Source of the DNA: Phycisphaerae bacterium
GTDB taxonomy: Bacteria; Planctomycetota; Phycisphaerae; UBA1845
Reading direction: 5' to 3'
Assembly: GCA_963666835.2 (NCBI GenBank)
Contig: CAXXGO010000003.1
Coordinates: forward strand, 480,001 to 544,000
Length of the DNA stretch: 64,000 nucleotides
Below the pieces are notes generated by a model that did not search any database, was not told where the DNA came from, and worked only from the letters and a program-made list of their open reading frames with translations. Shown here one piece after another: positions 39,705-49,615 of the stretch. Every line of letters starts with the position of its first letter. Within the stretch, counting starts at the first letter, position 1. Position numbers and translations under genes: made by a program.

Positions 39705-42413
39705 CTACTCAACCCACACTCTGGCCAGGTCGGTATCAACGGGATCCTCCAGCCCGCGCAGGTGCTTGATGTAATCGATCAACTCCTCTTCCGACCGCTC
39801 CGCCATCTCCAGACGCAATCGCAGATCTTCGAGGTTGGGATACTCCTTCAGACCGTTCCGCCATGTCTCGACCGCCTTGGCCATGCTCTCTTCGTAGCCA
39901 CTTTCCCGGTTCTTTACGTAAGAATCCCCCAGGCCAACAAAGCCGAATCCGAAATACTCTCGCTGCTTCTCGGCGGGTAGTGATCTTTGTAGTTCGATCA
40001 GTTCCGTGAAGTCCTTGATCGCCAGTGGAGCGTGGTTCAGCTTTCGCGGCCAGTGCAGGTGGTTCATTCCGCGGATGAACTTCGCCGTCCAACAGCCGGG
40101 GTCGAGTTCGAGAATGATATCCAGCTCCGCCAGAGACCGGTTGGATAGCTTGCCCTGGCTTACGATGCCGAGCTTGGGGTACGGCATTTTGTCTACGTAA
40201 GCCAAGGCCTTGTTGAGCCTGGGCATGGTCTTTTTCGGATGCTGTTCAACCAGATCCTCAAAGAACCGAATCGAACGATCGAAGTAACGATGGCCGTACC
40301 GGCGGACGAGCATTCGGTATGTATTGGCATACAACATTGCGTCAGGGTCCAGTTGAATCGCCTTCTCCAGCTCGCCCAGAGCAGCACTCCGCCGACCACG
40401 TTTATCCAACAACATCGCAAACTCATAACGCCGCGCCGGATCACTCGGGTCCGTAAGGACGCTCTGTTTGAGGTCCAGGTACTCCTTCTTGAAGGCGGCT
40501 TGCTCTTCCCAACTCAGGTCCGGCTCTCCGGTATCGGCGGCCGCGGTAGATTCTTTCTCGCGTTCGCGCTCGAGCTGATAGGCTTCGATTTGGGCCTCTT
40601 TAAACAGCCGCCGCTCTTCCAGGAACGCCTTAGGCGTGTTTTCGGTGTATTTGACAAGCTGATTCGGCTTGACGTTCTCGAAGCGTTCTACGAAACCGGT
40701 CGGCCATCGAATCTCAAGATAGTCGATCTTCTCGCGCTGCCCCAAGCCGAAATGCAACCGGTACGGACACTGGCTGTGATCACCGTTGCCCCCGTCGAGC
40801 TCGCGAATCTGCGAAAGACCCTCGGAGACAACCTTCACTCGGGTGCCGATCGCGTCGCGATTGCAGTTGGTCCCTTGAAGCTCAACCTGCAACCAGTGGT
40901 TCTTGTTCCCAACATCGTTCCGGTAGAACACGCTGTCTTGACCCTGGTTGGATATGTAGACATCCAGGTCACCATCATTGTCGTAATCGGCAATCGCCAA
41001 GCCCCGCCCGTCATGCGTATCCGCCAGCCCCAAGCTCTCGGCCACCTCGGTGAAGACCTCGTTTCCCTCGTTACGCCAAACCCGCGATGGCTCATAGCCG
41101 GAGAATGTGGAATCGCCCATCATCGGCCAGTTCTGAGCTTCGATCGGGTCGAAGCCGGGTTTGGTCACCGATGTGGCCAGCTTCGTGAAATACTCGTCCT
41201 TGGGGTCCCCGGAGATGTAGCCGTTTGCTACGATGATGTCGAGATCACCGTCGTTATCGTAATCCCAGAACCGCCCGGCCCAGCACCAGCCGGCGTCATA
41301 CACGTTGGCTTCAAAGGAGATGTCGCTGAAAGTGCCATCCCCCATGTTTCGATAGAGCTGATTACCTTCTTTCACGTACTCCTTCGTCCAGATGTTCGTG
41401 ACGTAAAGATCGAGCCAGCCATCGTTGTTGTAGTCGCCGAATTCGACGTTCATTCCCTTGTGAGTATCCCACCCGATAGCCTCATCGGTCACGTTCGTGA
41501 AGGTCCCGTCGGCATTCACCCGGTAGAACCGGTCTTGTCCGAAGTCGTTGGCGTTAACGAGATCCTGATCACCGTCGTTGTCGTAGTCCGCGGCCCCGCA
41601 ATCGAGGGTCCAGCCCGTATCGTCAACACCCATCTCCTTCCCGACTTCCGTGAAGGTCCCGTCCCGGTTGTTACGGTAGAGTACGTTCGGGCCGGCGTCG
41701 CGCGCCGTCTCGAAGTCCTCGTGCATCTGCCGCGAGTCTTCGAGGTTCCACAAGTCGACGTACCTAAAATAGTTCCCGATGTAGAGATCCAGATAGCCGT
41801 CATCGTTGTAGTCGAACCAGATTCCCGCGTTGCCGTTGCCCTTATCACCGACTCCGGCCTCGTTGGTAACGTCAGTAAACGTGCCGTCACCGTTGGCGCG
41901 ATACAGTATGTTCCATCCCCATTTTACGACGTAGAGGTCGAGATGACCGTCGTTGTTGTAATCGCCCCACACCAAGTCCATCGACGTTCCGTGCGTTTCG
42001 TTCGCCCGAGCGATCCCGGCCTTCTCGGCAACATCCGTGAACGTCCCGTCACCGTTGTTTCGCAGGAGGCGGTTCGGTTTCCCCAGTTGCGAGTTCGTCG
42101 CGCATATGTCGACGTTCCCATCCCGATCGTAGTCAACCGCCGTCGCGGACGCCCCGACGGAAGCCATCCACGGCATGATGCAATCGAGCTTCTTATCCAA
42201 CACAGGCTTGTAATGGCGGTGCCGAACGCCGGCTCGATCCGTAATGTCGACGAAGGCGGGACCACCGTCCTTCGCACCGGAATCCGCTTGGGCGACGCCA
42301 CAGAGCCCCCCCAATGTGACGGCCGCAAGGCACGTCGCCAAAACAGCGTAAGTGTTGCGCAATCGATGTCCGCTCATGTTACGCCCTCTCTTCATCCACG
42401 CCCCGCGGTTCAC
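39705..42413 (-). CDS. CRTAC1/ASPIC-UnbV protein with a C-terminal TPR-like domain
   Basis: Signal peptide, FG-GAP repeats (DYNNDG.LDLY), NRDAIG.RV...LHFGLG...IRWP.G and a helical TPR-like tail. Confidence 0.92.
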   Translation of the reverse strand: MNRGAWMKRGRNMSGHRLRNTYAVLATCLAAVTLGGLCGVAQADSGAKDGGPAFVDITDRAGVRHRHYKPVLDKKLDCIMPWMASVGASATAVDYDRDGNVDICATNSQLGKPNRLLRNNGDGTFTDVAEKAGIARANETHGTSMDLVWGDYNNDGHLDLYVVKWGWNILYRANGDGTFTDVTNEAGVGDKGNGNAGIWFDYNDDGYLDLYIGNYFRYVDLWNLEDSRQMHEDFETARDAGPNVLYRNNRDGTFTEVGKEMGVDDTGWTLDCGAADYDNDGDQDLVNANDFGQDRFYRVNADGTFTNVTDEAIGWDTHKGMNVEFGDYNNDGWLDLYVTNIWTKEYVKEGNQLYRNMGDGTFSDISFEANVYDAGWCWAGRFWDYDNDGDLDIIVANGYISGDPKDEYFTKLATSVTKPGFDPIEAQNWPMMGDSTFSGYEPSRVWRNEGNEVFTEVAESLGLADTHDGRGLAIADYDNDGDLDVYISNQGQDSVFYRNDVGNKNHWLQVELQGTNCNRDAIGTRVKVVSEGLSQIRELDGGNGDHSQCPYRLHFGLGQREKIDYLEIRWPTGFVERFENVKPNQLVKYTENTPKAFLEERRLFKEAQIEAYQLEREREKESTAAADTGEPDLSWEEQAAFKKEYLDLKQSVLTDPSDPARRYEFAMLLDKRGRRSAALGELEKAIQLDPDAMLYANTYRMLVRRYGHRYFDRSIRFFEDLVEQHPKKTMPRLNKALAYVDKMPYPKLGIVSQGKLSNRSLAELDIILELDPGCWTAKFIRGMNHLHWPRKLNHAPLAIKDFTELIELQRSLPAEKQREYFGFGFVGLGDSYVKNRESGYEESMAKAVETWRNGLKEYPNLEDLRLRLEMAERSEEELIDYIKHLRGLEDPVDTDLARVWVE

Positions 42414-42531
42414 CGCGCGAGGACTGCAAACTGCCTTGACCGGCCACGACCAAGATCCTAGATTGGAATGAACTTAAGGCTATTGATCCCCCTCACGGTC
42501 GTCAAGCCATTCGGGCCGGAGATGCTGTATC

Positions 42532-44916
42532 GTGGGTGTTTATTTTCGCTTCATCACATCTCGACCAATCCCCATACTTGTCATCATGGGAACCTTGGGA
42601 CTCGTTTCGAGCGCGTTCATCCTCCGTTTGAACCGTGAAACCAGCCCCGATGCTTTCATTCCGCAGAATCACCCGGCCCTGGCATTGAAGGAGAGTGTCG
42701 ACCAGCAGTTCGGACTGCGCGAACCGATCGCGATCGGGATCATCCGCGCGGAAGCAGACGGTGTTTTCAACCCCGACACTTTGAGGTTGATACGGAATCT
42801 GACGGAAGCAGTCCGGGCGCTTCCCGGGGTCCACTCCGGTGACGTCCTCAGTATCGCCACCGAGTACGGCGTCTACTTCGAGGATCGTGAACCCGGGTTC
42901 GACCGTCTCCTGCGAGAAATCCCCACGGACCACGCCGGATTGAATACCCTGCGCGAGGACATCCTAGGCTACGAGCTGTACCGCGGCACCTTGGTCGCCG
43001 AGGACGGCACCGCCGCGTGCGTCCTCCTTCGGCCGCAGGACGAAGCCCACGCGGACGCAAGGTACAAGGATCTGGTCCGTCTACTTGCGACGCCGGCGAT
43101 CTCTAAACAGACCTTACGTGGTGAGCAATTGGTCGTCGCCGGCGAAGCGGCCGTCCGCGCCTATATGGGGGCGGCGGTCTCCGACGACGCGTTGCGCATG
43201 AACTTCGTTTGCCCCGTCGTGATGGCCTTGCTGATCGTACTGGCGTATCGAACGGTTCGGGGTACCGTCCTCCCGCTGTGCGTGGTCGGCGGAGCCTCAG
43301 GCGCGGCTCTCGGTCTGATGGGCGCGACCGGGGTCCCCATCTATATCGTCACGAACGGTATTTTTGTCATCATCATGGCACTCGGAGTGGCCGACTCTTT
43401 GCACCTGCTGGGGCAGTACTACGAGGAACAGTTGGACTTGCGCGGGCGTAATCGCCGGCAAGTGGTTGTCGATGCCTGTCTCGCCCTGTGGTTCCCGTTA
43501 CTGGTCACGTCTCTGACCGACGTGGCTGGTTTCTTCGCACTCTATCTTGTGGGCGAGATGCCGCCGATCAGGTATTTCGGCCTCTTCACATGCGTAGGAG
43601 TGCTCGGTGCCCTGGCGTTTTCTTACACGGTCGTGCCGGCCGGTTTGGCGGTCCTTCCTCTCCGAACAAGCAACGCGTTCCTGCGAAGAAAAGCCGACGC
43701 AAACTCAACGGGCGGCCTGGACCCCACAAAGTCACTACTAGGCCGAGCCGGAGCATTGATATACGAGCGTCGCCGCGTCGTGCTTCTCACGGGCGCTGCC
43801 GTAACAGCCTTAGCCGGATGGGGAGCATCTCGCCTGATCGTCAACGACGCACGTATTCTGGCCTTCAAGAAACACCATCCGATTGTGAAGGCTACGAATG
43901 TCCTCAACGCCCGGTTCGACGGCACCGGACAGCTCAACATAGTCGTCACGGCCTCGGAGCAAGGGGCTATGCTCCGAAGTGACGTGCTCCGCAGAATCGA
44001 AGCTCTGGAGGCGTTTTCCGAGACGCTCCCTTTCGTCGGTGGAACACATTCTCTTGCCGGCTGGATTAAGCGCGCCCACCAGAAGATGAACGATGACGCC
44101 CCCGACTATTACGCGATCCCCGACGACCCGTTCGAAACGCAGTTCTATGTGGACGTCCTGGCCGACAAGAGAACCTCTCCTATGGCCCACCTGCTTCGCG
44201 AGGTCGTCGACGACACGTACACCCACGCGAACCTGATAGTCCGCATGAAGAGCAGCGAGTTCATTCACCAGCGCGACGTCATTCGCCAACTCGGTCAATA
44301 TCTGACCGACAGCTTCAACGACGAACTCCTGCACGCCGAGCTATCGGGGCGAGCCCACCTGGACTATCACTGGATGCGCATGATCCGGTCGAGCCATCTC
44401 CATAGCGTCGGTTTCTCGATCGGCTGTGTCCTGTTGTTAACCGGGCTGATGTTCCGCTCGGTCTTTGCCGGATTGCTTTGCACGGCAACGGTCGCCTTGG
44501 CCGTGCTGGTCAACTACGCCATCATGGGTTTTGCCGAGATCCCGCTTGGCGTCGGAACGTCCATGTTTGCCAGCATCGCCATCGGCGCAGGTGTGAACTT
44601 CCCGATCCACATTCTCGACCGCTTGCGCCATGCCTTGAACGCAACGGGGGCTGATCCAGCCCGGGTATTCTCGACGACCTTCGCTTTCACCGGGCGAGCC
44701 CTGTTCTTCACTGCCTTTGTAGTGGCAATCGGCTTCCTTCTGCTCTGCGTCTCGGAATTTCGCACTCTCATCCGCTTCGGTCTGCTGATCGGGGTAGCCA
44801 TGGTCGTCGGATTCCTGGCCAGCGTAACCGTGCTGCCCGCTGCGGTGGCCCTGTTGCGCCCCCGATTCATCTGGGGCGCTCGCCCAGACTCGTCTCCTCC
44901 GGAGAACAACACCTGA
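42532..44916 (+). CDS. MMPL/RND family transporter
   Basis: Two repeats of 1 TM + periplasmic loop + 5 TM, with ALGVADSLH, TSLT..AGF and IAIG.GV.F.IH. Confidence 0.92.
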   Translation: MGVYFRFITSRPIPILVIMGTLGLVSSAFILRLNRETSPDAFIPQNHPALALKESVDQQFGLREPIAIGIIRAEADGVFNPDTLRLIRNLTEAVRALPGVHSGDVLSIATEYGVYFEDREPGFDRLLREIPTDHAGLNTLREDILGYELYRGTLVAEDGTAACVLLRPQDEAHADARYKDLVRLLATPAISKQTLRGEQLVVAGEAAVRAYMGAAVSDDALRMNFVCPVVMALLIVLAYRTVRGTVLPLCVVGGASGAALGLMGATGVPIYIVTNGIFVIIMALGVADSLHLLGQYYEEQLDLRGRNRRQVVVDACLALWFPLLVTSLTDVAGFFALYLVGEMPPIRYFGLFTCVGVLGALAFSYTVVPAGLAVLPLRTSNAFLRRKADANSTGGLDPTKSLLGRAGALIYERRRVVLLTGAAVTALAGWGASRLIVNDARILAFKKHHPIVKATNVLNARFDGTGQLNIVVTASEQGAMLRSDVLRRIEALEAFSETLPFVGGTHSLAGWIKRAHQKMNDDAPDYYAIPDDPFETQFYVDVLADKRTSPMAHLLREVVDDTYTHANLIVRMKSSEFIHQRDVIRQLGQYLTDSFNDELLHAELSGRAHLDYHWMRMIRSSHLHSVGFSIGCVLLLTGLMFRSVFAGLLCTATVALAVLVNYAIMGFAEIPLGVGTSMFASIAIGAGVNFPIHILDRLRHALNATGADPARVFSTTFAFTGRALFFTAFVVAIGFLLLCVSEFRTLIRFGLLIGVAMVVGFLASVTVLPAAVALLRPRFIWGARPDSSPPENNT

Positions 44917-45035
44917 ACATGGACCCAGGCGATTGCCGTTCTCACTGGAACTCGTGACGGAACGCGGTCTGTGCGAATCTGACCGGCGTGCTCCCGCTCC
45001 GGTCCAGCCCGTCCTTTTGCAGAACACCTCGACGA

Positions 45036-45695
45036 TTACCCGTCGGCAATCTCGATGAACTGACTGACTGACAGGTCCGCTAGTTGGGCCACGACGAGGT
45101 CCGCGTCCCGCAGGGCATCGCGGGAGTGGTACATCAGAATGGCTATTACGTGGGCCCCCGCCGCGCGCGCCGCGGCGACTCCGACGGGCGCATCCTCAAC
45201 AACCACGCATCGCGATGGTGCCAACTCCAGCGCCTCACACGCCAACGTAAACACCTGCGGGTCCGGCTTACCCCGAGTAACATTGTCGCCACTGACGATC
45301 TTCGCGATCATGCTGCGTACACCCATCGCCTCGAGCACAAGTTCGATGTTCGCCAGCGGACCGGACGATCCGACGGCCAAAGCTACGCCGGCCTCGAAAA
45401 GGCCCCTAATCAGTTCCGGAGCTCCCGAGACAATCGGAGCATCCGCACGAATCAGATCGCGGTACAGTTCCTCCTTGCGCGCCGCCAGTTCGCAGACTTC
45501 GCTCGGCGTGGTGTTCCCAAAGATCTTCGGGATGATGTCATTATTGTGCTGGCCGAACGTCTCGGAGAACTGCGCCTCAGTAACGACGGTGTTGTTCTCC
45601 TTCGCCAGCAACTGCCAGCTTCTGAAATGCGGTGCGGCCGAGTCGACCAGCACGCCATCCATGTCAAATACCGCTCCGACCCTCTTGATGTCCAT
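45036..45695 (-). CDS. HAD family phosphatase (beta-phosphoglucomutase-like)
   Basis: FDMDGVLVDS, GKPDP.VF and VEDAP.GV.AARAAG. Confidence 0.93.
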   Translation of the reverse strand: MDIKRVGAVFDMDGVLVDSAAPHFRSWQLLAKENNTVVTEAQFSETFGQHNNDIIPKIFGNTTPSEVCELAARKEELYRDLIRADAPIVSGAPELIRGLFEAGVALAVGSSGPLANIELVLEAMGVRSMIAKIVSGDNVTRGKPDPQVFTLACEALELAPSRCVVVEDAPVGVAAARAAGAHVIAILMYHSRDALRDADLVVAQLADLSVSQFIEIADG

Positions 45696-45872
45696 GTCAT
45701 GAAACGCCTGTGTCCTGGGCTGCACAATCCCCGCCGCCGGGCGGTACACTCGGACCGCGTGCACCGCAGCCTCGAATCCCGAAAACTCGATACTACCTCA
45801 CGAGGAACACCTTCGCACCCGTAGCGACTTCTGCCGTTCCGGCCCAGAACCGCCCCGCCGGAAACGTGGCAG

Positions 45873-48251
45873 GTGTCCGCGAACCCGGCCTCGCCGAACG
45901 TTGTTGGCGGTTTGTCGCAGCCCCAATCTCGAATGACCCCATCTCTCAGGCTTTCTTTCTTGCGTCGTTGCCGTTATACAGCCATAGACAAGTTGGCAGA
46001 CCGTACAGGAAGCTTCCCCGGCTGGGCGCGCTGGAGTCTGCCCCCGCCGGGAATCGGTCCTGAAGAGGTACCGGCCGCCGAAGCGGGCGGCTTGGACGAT
46101 AGCGTAACAAGGCTAGAATCACCGGAAATGGGTGTAGGCAACAGACCTTTGGCAGCGAATCGCCGACCTCGCGGAGCGGTTACCACTTTCTGGCTCCAGG
46201 CGGAACTGGTCGCCGTAGTCATAGCCTCCTTCTGCTACTGTAATACGCTGATTAACGATTTCTGTGATGATGGCGTCCCGATTGTAAAGAACAACAGGAA
46301 AGTAAACGATCCAAACCAGTGGCTCGCCATCTGGACGACCGACTACTGGTCCGACACCAAGGACGCAACGCCCAATCGCGACCTCCTGCACCGTCCCGTC
46401 GCCCTCTCCTCGTATCGATTGGTGCGAATAATAGCGGGCACGGACCCTTTCCCCCACCTTCTCGTCAACGTTCTCCTGCACGCCATCAACAGCGCGCTGG
46501 TTGCCAGAATGTGCCGGCACATGCGTGGTTCAGAGGCCTCGGCTATGGTGGCCGGAGCGGTCTTTGCTACGCTGCCGATCCACACCGAAGTAATCAACAA
46601 CGTAGTGGGACGCGCCGACCTTCTGGTGGCGTTTGGAGTGCTGGCCGCTCTTCTGGCCCACCGCCGTTCGATGATCGCCACGACCTCCGGGGCTATCGTG
46701 CGGTGGCGGATACTCTCCGCCCTGGCAGCTTTCGTGGCTATGGGGTCCAAAGAGAACGGCGCCGCGGTCATACCGCTGATCGTCCTGCTCGACGGCTACT
46801 GGTATCAACCGTGGCGCGCCGCCAGTCGCGATCGGGCCTGGTGGAGCATCCGCTCACTCCTCCGGTTCACGTACCTCCTCATCCCGGCCGCCGTCTATTT
46901 AGGGCTGCGTTACTATGCCCTCGAAGGCGCCTTTCACCAGAAGCCCGCCCTGACCAAGACCGTAAACGTGCTGGTAGACGCCCCGCTGTGGCAACACCTT
47001 CTCGGCGTGATACAGCTCTGGGGAATGTACTGGGCCAAGACGTTCTGGCCTCAGGTGCTCTGCGTCAACTACTCGGTCAATACGATTCACCTCGCCACCG
47101 ACGTTTCGGATCCTCACGTGCTGATCGGGATCGTGATAACAGGTGGTCTATTGATCGCGTCGATTGTCGCTTGGCGGAAGAAGCGCCGGAGTGTCGCCTA
47201 CCTTTTCGGGGCAACGCTTCTTTCCTATGCCCTAACGTCCAATGCGTGGATTCTGATTCAGGTCTTCTTCGCCGAGCGCATCTGGTACCTGCCGTCGATC
47301 TGGATCGCGATTCTCGCCGCTCTTGCGGTCCTGAGAGTGGATTGGCGCCCGGTGTGGTGCCTCGTGGGTGCTGCCGTTGTTTTCGCGATGACCGAACGAT
47401 GTTGGACGCGCAATGCCGAGTGGAAAGACAATGAGACGCTTTACGCTTCAACGTACGAAGTCCACCGGCGCGCGGTGGGCGCTCTGCGTCTGTACGGTCA
47501 GACCCTGGTGGAGCAGGGTCGCCTTGCAGAGGGGATTAGCTTGCTCAAACAAGCACTCGACATTGATCTGGGCTTTACCGACGCTCATCGGTCACTTGGA
47601 CATGCGTACCTGCTGGCGCGGGATTACCAATCTGCTCTACGGCATCTTCAAATCGCAAACATGCAGGTGCCTGACCACCCCCCCACTGAACAGGCCCTCG
47701 CCTTTGTAAGCCAGAAGCTCTCGGAAAGAGATGAAACCGAACTGCAACGAATCCGGGCCGAAGCCGATGCTCACGAAGGCGATCCGGAGGCGGAGGCTGC
47801 CTTGGTCCGCATCCTCCGCGATCTTGCCCGGACGGACGAAGCGCTTGCCCGGCTCCAAGCTCACAATGGGCAGTTCGACGACAGCTTCTCATGGATGTAC
47901 GAGTACGCTGTGACTCTCGTCTATCTAAACGAGCGCGATCAGGCAATTGATCGGTATCGGCGATGCGCCGCCCTTGCCCCCGACGACGCCGACGTGATCG
48001 TGGAGTTGGCCATGTTGCTTTTTGAGCGCAGGGAGAACGACGATCTTGCCGAAGCCGAGCAGCTCGTTGACCGCGCTTCCGAGATGGCCCCCGGCGCCCC
48101 AACCGTGCTGGTATGCCGCGCCGAACTCGTCGCCTTGCAGGGCGATCTCGCTACTGCGGGCGAGCTTTACCGCCGGGCAATCGAAGCTCTGCCGCCGGGA
48201 AGTAACCAACGCCGGGTCTATCAGGAACGTGCCTCAGTACTCGGACATTAG
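45873..48251 (+). CDS. TMTC-like GT-C glycosyltransferase with C-terminal TPRs
   Basis: N.F.DD...I..N, RP...SY, NV.LH..N, F...PIHTE...NVVGRAD, SKE, AER..YLPS and RN.EW, followed by TPRs. Probable start ATG 46128. Confidence 0.88.
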   Translation: MSANPASPNVVGGLSQPQSRMTPSLRLSFLRRCRYTAIDKLADRTGSFPGWARWSLPPPGIGPEEVPAAEAGGLDDSVTRLESPEMGVGNRPLAANRRPRGAVTTFWLQAELVAVVIASFCYCNTLINDFCDDGVPIVKNNRKVNDPNQWLAIWTTDYWSDTKDATPNRDLLHRPVALSSYRLVRIIAGTDPFPHLLVNVLLHAINSALVARMCRHMRGSEASAMVAGAVFATLPIHTEVINNVVGRADLLVAFGVLAALLAHRRSMIATTSGAIVRWRILSALAAFVAMGSKENGAAVIPLIVLLDGYWYQPWRAASRDRAWWSIRSLLRFTYLLIPAAVYLGLRYYALEGAFHQKPALTKTVNVLVDAPLWQHLLGVIQLWGMYWAKTFWPQVLCVNYSVNTIHLATDVSDPHVLIGIVITGGLLIASIVAWRKKRRSVAYLFGATLLSYALTSNAWILIQVFFAERIWYLPSIWIAILAALAVLRVDWRPVWCLVGAAVVFAMTERCWTRNAEWKDNETLYASTYEVHRRAVGALRLYGQTLVEQGRLAEGISLLKQALDIDLGFTDAHRSLGHAYLLARDYQSALRHLQIANMQVPDHPPTEQALAFVSQKLSERDETELQRIRAEADAHEGDPEAEAALVRILRDLARTDEALARLQAHNGQFDDSFSWMYEYAVTLVYLNERDQAIDRYRRCAALAPDDADVIVELAMLLFERRENDDLAEAEQLVDRASEMAPGAPTVLVCRAELVALQGDLATAGELYRRAIEALPPGSNQRRVYQERASVLGH

Positions 48252-48313
48252 ACCCATTAGCCCGACAGACGGATACGCAAGGCCGCGTTTGAGAGTCCAT
48301 CAGGCAACGTAGC

Positions 48314-49384
48314 ATGCTCGCCACCGGCAAAAGTACCGGCCAAGGTCCTCACCAAACGCCCCTTATCGCGGTGCGAAACCTCACCAAACGTTTCTCCATT
48401 CGCCGAGGAGCGAGCAGCCGAGTCATCGGCACGCGGCTGGCGGTTGACGGGGTCGACTTCGACATTCCCCGCGGTACAACCCTTGCTCTTGTGGGCGAGA
48501 GCGGGTGCGGAAAGACGACGGTCGCCCGCACAATCATACGTCTGATCTCGCCAACCCGCGGCTCGGTCAAGCACGACGGGATCGATGTCCACGCTACATC
48601 CGGCGCACGGTTACGCCGTCTCCGCCGGAGCATGCAGATGGTCTTTCAAGACCCCTACGGCAGCCTCAATCCCCGGATAACCGTAGGGCGGACGGTCACC
48701 GAGCCATTGTGGATCCGTGGAGAGGTCTCTTCGAGAACGTCCGCGGACCGCGCCGCCGAGCTGCTCGACTTCGTGGGGCTGGAGCCCGGATATATCGATC
48801 GATACCCGCACGAGTTATCCGGGGGACAGCGTCAAAGGGTTGGCATTGCCCGAGCAATCGCGACGGAACCGGATTTCATTATCTGTGACGAACCGGTCAG
48901 TGCCCTTGATGTGTCCGTGCAGTCGCAAGTACTCAACCTGCTTACCGATCTGAAGCGTCGCCGCGAACTCACTTATCTGTTCATCACTCACAACCTGGCC
49001 GTGGTCAGACATGTCAGCGACATCGTCGCCGTTATGTACCAAGGCCGGATCGTCGAAACCGGCAGCACGTCCGCAATCTGCGAGACCCCGCGCCATCCCT
49101 ACACCGAGGCTCTCCTGGCCGCCGTCCTGCAACCCTGGTCCGATAGACGAACCTTCCGTACGGCCGGCCCTGGCAACGTCGTCGGCAACTCGGTCTCGCC
49201 GGCGGGATGCCCGTTCCACCCCCGTTGTCAATCGGCCACGGACGAGTGCCGTCAACTGTCACCGCCACTTCAGACAATCTCAAACGAAGCCCCACCGCAC
49301 ACGGTTGTCTGCTATCATCCCACCTTGGACCACGCCCAAGACTCGGATCGTCCGGTAACTTGCGATGGTGCGGCCGCAACCTGA
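48314..49384 (+). CDS. Oligopeptide/dipeptide ABC transporter ATP-binding subunit (OppF/AppF-like)
   Basis: GESGCGKT, MVFQDPYGSLNPR, YPHELSGGQRQR, DEPVSALDVS, HPYT.ALL and GCPFHPRC. Confidence 0.95.
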   Translation: MLATGKSTGQGPHQTPLIAVRNLTKRFSIRRGASSRVIGTRLAVDGVDFDIPRGTTLALVGESGCGKTTVARTIIRLISPTRGSVKHDGIDVHATSGARLRRLRRSMQMVFQDPYGSLNPRITVGRTVTEPLWIRGEVSSRTSADRAAELLDFVGLEPGYIDRYPHELSGGQRQRVGIARAIATEPDFIICDEPVSALDVSVQSQVLNLLTDLKRRRELTYLFITHNLAVVRHVSDIVAVMYQGRIVETGSTSAICETPRHPYTEALLAAVLQPWSDRRTFRTAGPGNVVGNSVSPAGCPFHPRCQSATDECRQLSPPLQTISNEAPPHTVVCYHPTLDHAQDSDRPVTCDGAAAT

Positions 49385-49459
49385 AATCGCAGCGGAATAA
49401 ACACAGCGTCAGCATGGCTGAAACGGGAACCCCCGCGACCATCGCGCGGCAGACGCATA

Positions 49460-49488
49460 TTGGACGTATCCGGACGGTTCGCTATAAT
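49460..49488 (+). promoter_or_regulatory. Putative sigma70 promoter of the 16-heme cytochrome gene
   Basis: TTGGAC-N17-TATAAT about 130 nt upstream of ATG 49616. Confidence 0.5.
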
Positions 49489-49615
49489 ATCGACTCAACT
49501 GGAGTTTGAGTTCCCCCGCCCATGACGGGGCTTCGGAGGGGGAACAGGAGGCACTCATTTTCGCGGTGTTCCTCCAACCGGGCAACTAGGCCGACTCCGG
49601 GCTGGGGAGAGTAGC

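Noticed and set aside
40239..42461. 740-aa plus-strand ORF
   Set aside because: Antisense shadow of the CRTAC1/UnbV gene with no recognisable motifs.
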